A stretch of DNA of 64,000 nucleotides from Nitrospirota bacterium (GTDB lineage: Bacteria > Nitrospirota > UBA9217): NCBI GenBank assembly GCA_963845065.1, contig CAWJQQ010000003.1, positions 44,691 to 108,690 of the forward strand, written 5' to 3'. This document shows positions 60,059 through 64,000 of the stretch, piece after piece; position 1 is the stretch's first letter, and each line of letters begins with the position of its first letter. Both the position numbers and the translations under genes were made by a program. Below the pieces are notes generated by a model. That model saw nothing but the letters and a program-made list of their open reading frames with translations, searched no databases and was not told the DNA's origin.

Positions 60059-60505
60059 ATGATTTCAAAGATTCTCGTACCAGTTGACGGTTCAAAAGTG
60101 TCACATAAGGCGGCAAAATACGCTGTCGAGCTCGCGAAGCAAACAGGAGCATCTTTAGCGCTGGTCAGTGTCTTCGATATACGCTTTATTTTCGAGCAGG
60201 AGGTTTCAGCTTCCGCTTCGCCGACCCATTTAAAAGAGAATATTGAAGATTATCTGAAGCAGTCAGCGTATTCTTCCATTGACAAGATAGCAAAGGTCTG
60301 TGAACGAAATCGCATTAAATACAAGACAGCAATAAGGAGAGGGCATCCGGTGGAAGAAATTGTCAACGAAGCAAGAAAAACAAAGGCTGATCTGATTGTT
60401 ATGGGCTCACATGGCAAAAGTGCTCTTAAAGCGGTTATTCTCGGTAGCGTTGCATATGGCGTAATACACTTGGATACGAATATCCCTGTACTCATCGTGA
60501 GGTGA
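60059..60505 (+). CDS. Universal stress protein (single UspA domain)
   Basis: MISKILVPVDGS...VMGSHGKSA...IPVLIV. AAAGGAGGA lies upstream of the ATG at 60059. Confidence 0.85.
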   Translation: MISKILVPVDGSKVSHKAAKYAVELAKQTGASLALVSVFDIRFIFEQEVSASASPTHLKENIEDYLKQSAYSSIDKIAKVCERNRIKYKTAIRRGHPVEEIVNEARKTKADLIVMGSHGKSALKAVILGSVAYGVIHLDTNIPVLIVR

Positions 60506-60611
60506 TAATCTATCGACCTGAGAAATGGGTCTTGTGATTTCATTAGGAGGGTTAAGGGGCGGGGTTATTTCCTAAGTTTTATCTCAATGCGCCGTAAGAC
60601 CCCGGCCGTGA

Positions 60612-62018
60612 CAGACTGTCCGACAATTCATTGTTCTATGGGGATATCTTCAGAACAAAACTAATAAGCTAACTGAAATGGCGATTGGAGCCGGATCTGA
60701 CGAGGTGTTTTATCCCCATCTCCTTCTTTCTTCCGAAGACATAACCAGATTCTCTTCAGATTCCTTGCTGCACAGGCCAGATTGAACTCTGTCTTTGCCC
60801 CCTGTATACCTCTGGCTAAGAATGCCCGCAGTCCTTGATTCTCCTTGATGTCTCCGATGACCGGTTCCACGATTTGCTGTCGTAGCTTATATACCCCTTT
60901 TGCTTGCGGCGTCTTCATCTTCGCCACCATGGAGTTTCTCTCTGTCTCCCATGGATACATCTTGAGATATCGTATCCCATCTTTCCGCTTTGTACATTTG
61001 CTCTGGCTCTGGCAAGTAGGGCATGCATTACCTTTATATATCTTGTTCTTCAGCTTGTCAAAATGTGCTCCCAGAAAGGGTAGCGGCTTGTTTTCCGGGC
61101 ATCGATATTCATCCCTGATCGCGTCGTATTGAAAATGCTCCTTGTCATACCGTGATCTGAGGACTATAGGATAGCTCGATCCGACCTTTCTTGTTCTTCA
61201 TAAAGCGGCTTTCCGGGTCAGTGATGCTGACCTTCTTTAGCTTCTGGTCGTCTGCTTCCCTCTTGGCATTTTCAAGACGATTTTGTACTTCTTCTTTAAA
61301 AGACGGCCCTTTCTCACGGACCTTCTTGATGTAATATTGTGCCGCTTTCCGAATGGTCTTCTTGCTCTGTTGCGGCAACTGATCGCTTCCCCGCAAGTCG
61401 CCGAACTCGCTGTCTTCCCGGCTATCCTGTCTTGACCATTCCTCAAGCTCGTCGTCGACAAATTTCAGCAAAACTCTTAGTTCATCCTTATTCATCACTC
61501 TCTGGTTCGATGCATTGGCTTTTACCTTGCTCCCGTCCGTCGAAAGATGAGACAGGTCGAGAAGGCCTTCTTGCCTGGCAAAGCTTACTGTGTGCTTAAA
61601 CACTTCCTTTACGAGAGCTGGGTTGTCCTTTCGAAAGTCGCTAATCGTCCTGAAATCAGGAGTTAGCTTCTCGGATAAATACAGGTACACTACGTTTTCG
61701 CGGGCATTCCGGGCAAGACGGCGTGAAGACCGCACTCTGTCCAGGACTCCCATGACCAAGAGCTTTAGCAGGATACTTGGATGATAGGCAGGATGTCCTG
61801 CGCCGGAGTATTTGATGTCGAATGCCTGGTAATCAAGATTATCCACAATGCTTTCTACCAAAAAGCAGATATGGTCCTCAGGAATCAACCCCTCTATGCT
61901 CGGTGGTAATAACCACGCTTGGTCTTTGTGCGAGCGTATGTATGTCATCTCCCGCTCTCCTTGTCCGATTAATTTCATCCTATTCTACCATATCAAATAC
62001 GAATTGTCGGACAGCCTG
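60612..62018 (-). mobile_element. IS1182-family insertion sequence with a broken transposase gene
   Basis: IRs cagactgtccgacaattc and gaattgtcggacagcctg. 4-bp direct repeat GTGA (60608..60611 and 62019..62022). N-terminal 277 aa at 61978..61145 (...HLSTDGSKVKANAS...DPESRFM...SYSPQITV*), C-terminal part at about 61140..60661 in another frame (YDKEHFQYD...CP...KLRQQIVEPVIGDIK...). The ADxGY-type block appears to be missing. Confidence 0.8.
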
Positions 62019-62234
62019 GTGAGGCCGGGGAGAATGTCAATTAAGACTCACTATAAAAAAAAATATTCATACCTATGAAGTTTGCAAACAAGTTATATTC
62101 ATGAAACTAGTATAGTATCAATACTCTTCAATTAATATAATAAGATATCCATTTCTCTAATATCATGAAGACAGTAAGATGAATTCGTTAGCGTTGTTAC
62201 TGCAAAATACCTCATCAGAATCGTTGACAACTTA

Positions 62235-62335
62235 GGAAAGAAGCTGGGTGCAAGTTTGAGAAAGTCGCCCCTTATCACACAAGCATCATTTGTTGCTGTT
62301 GCAGCGATCATGACCAGACTTTTAGAACACAAGGT
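62235..62335 (+). pseudogene. tnpB: Short 3' fragment of a TnpB gene (related to unit 1)
   Basis: ggaaagaagctgggtgcaagtttgagaaagtcgccccttatcacacaagcatcatttg... parallels 16811..16880 (EEAG.KF.KVAPYHTSIIC.CC). Confidence 0.5.
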
Positions 62336-63314
62336 TTGAAGTGTATATCCGGTAGAGCACGATAATACCAAAAAGGGCATAGCAGACAAAAGATGAGAGG
62401 GCAAGCTTTTTTTGAAGCGCTGGAATAACGTCAACGAGACTTGCCCTTTTTCTAAAAGGCATGATAATGCCAACACCCATACCAGAGACTGCTCCGCTAA
62501 GCAAGGTCATGTAAAGGGGATATCCTACATATCCGTACTCTTTACGAAGCACACAGAATGGGCAATGGTGCATGGGAAGTTCGTAGATGTAGGGCCCAAT
62601 GAAAGAGATTAACGATACCAGGGCGACTGGGAGAAGGACAACTGAATTAAACCCATGGAAATAGGCTCCCTTGCCTGTACGATAAAAAAGAACGCTTGCA
62701 CCGAGGGCTGTGGCCAGGTTGATGGAAAAAATGATTTTAATTGGCTGTGGTGGAAACGAGCTCAGACTCGAAGCAACGCCTGATCCGCTGCCGCTAAAGA
62801 GGCTGCCGCAGCAGGAAGTTATGATGTCGGCATGAAGGCCAAGAAAGTAGAGAGCCTGCAGTACTGCTTCAGCGACGATGAACGGTGTGAGCAAGGCAAG
62901 AAAGGCATACTTGATCCTTATGAGCGGGTAGTCGTACCCTCGGTTATCAGCATAGTTTATGATGAGCCAGAAACCGGCCAGGATGAAGTTCGCGAGCTTG
63001 AGGAGGAGAACTGGAAAGCCGTAGCTGTTGACTTGGAGTGTGCCCACGGCGCACATTGCCCCGGTAAAGAGGGTACAGAGGCTGTCCGCCGTGTAAACAT
63101 ATAAAAAAAGGGAAAAAAGCTGAAATCCGAAAACATACGCGAGGATAGTTGAAATGAGGTACGTTCTTCGCTCAAGCTCGAGTTGGTTACCGCTGCCGCT
63201 TCCGATGTCCCATTTCCTGATGATTAGGATGCCGTAATAGTCCGCGTATAACGTAAGAAAACTTATCATGCAGGATGAGACTAGCAGTGCGATTATCGCG
63301 GGATGCAGGATCAT
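62322..63314 (-). CDS. Polytopic membrane protein with conserved-looking Cys motifs, function unknown
   Basis: 330 aa with about 9 TM segments. GAMCAVG, TSCCGS, HHCPFC. The ATG overlaps the upstream ABC ATPase stop (ATGA). Confidence 0.6.
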   Translation of the reverse strand: MILHPAIIALLVSSCMISFLTLYADYYGILIIRKWDIGSGSGNQLELERRTYLISTILAYVFGFQLFSLFLYVYTADSLCTLFTGAMCAVGTLQVNSYGFPVLLLKLANFILAGFWLIINYADNRGYDYPLIRIKYAFLALLTPFIVAEAVLQALYFLGLHADIITSCCGSLFSGSGSGVASSLSSFPPQPIKIIFSINLATALGASVLFYRTGKGAYFHGFNSVVLLPVALVSLISFIGPYIYELPMHHCPFCVLRKEYGYVGYPLYMTLLSGAVSGMGVGIIMPFRKRASLVDVIPALQKKLALSSFVCYALFGIIVLYRIYTSNLVF

Positions 63315-63997
63315 ACTTCCGCTCCTTCAATCTTGCCGTCGCGCATGGTGATGACTCGGTCGATAACAGCTGCTTCGTAAACGAGAGGATCGTGGCTAGC
63401 GATAATGACTGTCTTTTGCTGCTCTTTCAAGCGGTAGACGATCTCCATGAATTCACGGGATAGTTTGGTATCGAGGTGCGCTGTCGGTTCGTCAGCTATG
63501 ACGACTCCGGGATTGTTGATCAGTGACCGCGCGATTGCTGTGCGCTGGGCCTCACCGCCGGAAAGCCATTCGGCCTTTGACGATGCACGCCCCCCGATGC
63601 CGAAAAGCTTAAGGAGTTCTTGAGCATGTTTTTTCAGCACGTCATGGGGACCGCCTAGCGGGTATGCCGGCAACATCACATTTTCAAGAGCCGAAATCCC
63701 CTTTACGAGGTTAAACTGCTGGAAGATAAATCCGAAATGGGTACGGCGGATTTCGGTCAGAAAGCGTTCGGGAAGGCTCGAGATCTCCCGGTCACCGAGG
63801 AATATCCTGCCTGAAGTGGGCCGGGCCATGCATCCGGCTAGGGACAGGAGTGTGGTTTTGCCGGAACCGCTCGGTCCCTTGAACACGGTAATCTTTTTTG
63901 CTTCCAGGGAGACAGTCACTCCGTCCACCGCAACTAGCTCGTAGGATTTCCCCTCGTTGAAAACCTTGCGGATATTTTTCAGTACGAGCATCATCAT
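63311..63997 (-). CDS. ABC transporter ATP-binding protein (MacB/LolD/FtsE-like)
   Basis: GPSGSGKTT, LSGGEAQRTAIARSL, VIADEPT, SHD. The gene starts 3 nt from the window edge. Confidence 0.85.
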   Translation of the reverse strand: MMMLVLKNIRKVFNEGKSYELVAVDGVTVSLEAKKITVFKGPSGSGKTTLLSLAGCMARPTSGRIFLGDREISSLPERFLTEIRRTHFGFIFQQFNLVKGISALENVMLPAYPLGGPHDVLKKHAQELLKLFGIGGRASSKAEWLSGGEAQRTAIARSLINNPGVVIADEPTAHLDTKLSREFMEIVYRLKEQQKTVIIASHDPLVYEAAVIDRVITMRDGKIEGAEV

Positions 63998-64000
63998 GAC

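Noticed and set aside
55949-62031. The two direct copies of the 43-nt hairpin motif as the ends of a 4.7-kb IS605-like element carrying sulP and usp as cargo.
   Set aside because: The tnpB 3' end with its presumed omega-RNA and right end lies at about 57.3 kb, not next to the second motif. The second motif has its own downstream tnpB stub, so two separate left ends explain the data better.

Overview
This 64-kb bacterial chromosomal window is saturated with insertion sequences and their wreckage. By my own coordinate tally, mobile DNA is roughly two-fifths of the bases.

Mobile DNA:
- IS110 family: one complete element (5829..7398), a 3' half copy (1064..1945), a diverged 3' relic (19798..20335), two further gene relics, a 271-bp MITE-like derivative, and orphan left ends.
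- IS1634 family: two apparently identical copies (29019..30969 and 47960..49910).
- Intact IS630-family and IS3-family elements.
- Relics of the IS3, IS21, IS1380, IS1182 (two), IS4 and ISNCY families.
- TnpB-only IS200/IS605-type units: one apparently intact, one decayed, two stubs. No tnpA is present in the window.
- A recombinase-in-trio (RIT) element sitting precisely inside an IS21 istA gene.
- Pieces of a group II intron.

Ordinary genes between them:
- pldA-like phospholipase, an FMN-dependent hydroxy-acid dehydrogenase, and an XRE regulator.
- mntH with an adjacent USP, glgC, and a secreted cupredoxin-like protein.
- Thiolase plus acyl-CoA dehydrogenase.
- An AT-richer block: a two-component cluster (HK, RR, degenerate HK, RR), a USP, and TauE/SafE with DUF1634.
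- An SDR, XdhC, a heptahaem cytochrome c, and YihY/BrkB.
- A Znu/Tro-like metal ABC operon, SulP with a USP, and an ABC ATPase coupled to a Cys-rich membrane protein.

Several non-IS genes are visibly decayed by in-frame stops, frameshifts or truncation: phosphoketolase, a PRC-barrel protein, MocA-like, GyrI-like, and a small cytochrome c.

The gene content would fit an anaerobic Desulfobacterota-like organism, but that is inference only. I recognised no rRNA, tRNA or CRISPR array by eye.

Most interesting observations:
1. The ~410-nt 3' non-coding tail of the IS110-family element keeps helices by compensatory changes when compared with its diverged relic. It is a candidate bridge/seek-type guide RNA.
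2. Both IS110 copies abut the same ISNCY terminus.
3. The TnpB units carry a GNRA-loop hairpin plus a consensus sigma70 promoter in their left ends. One start appears leaderless.
4. The RIT insertion can be reversed base-for-base to restore istA.

I did not find a convincing novel multi-gene system such as a defence system.
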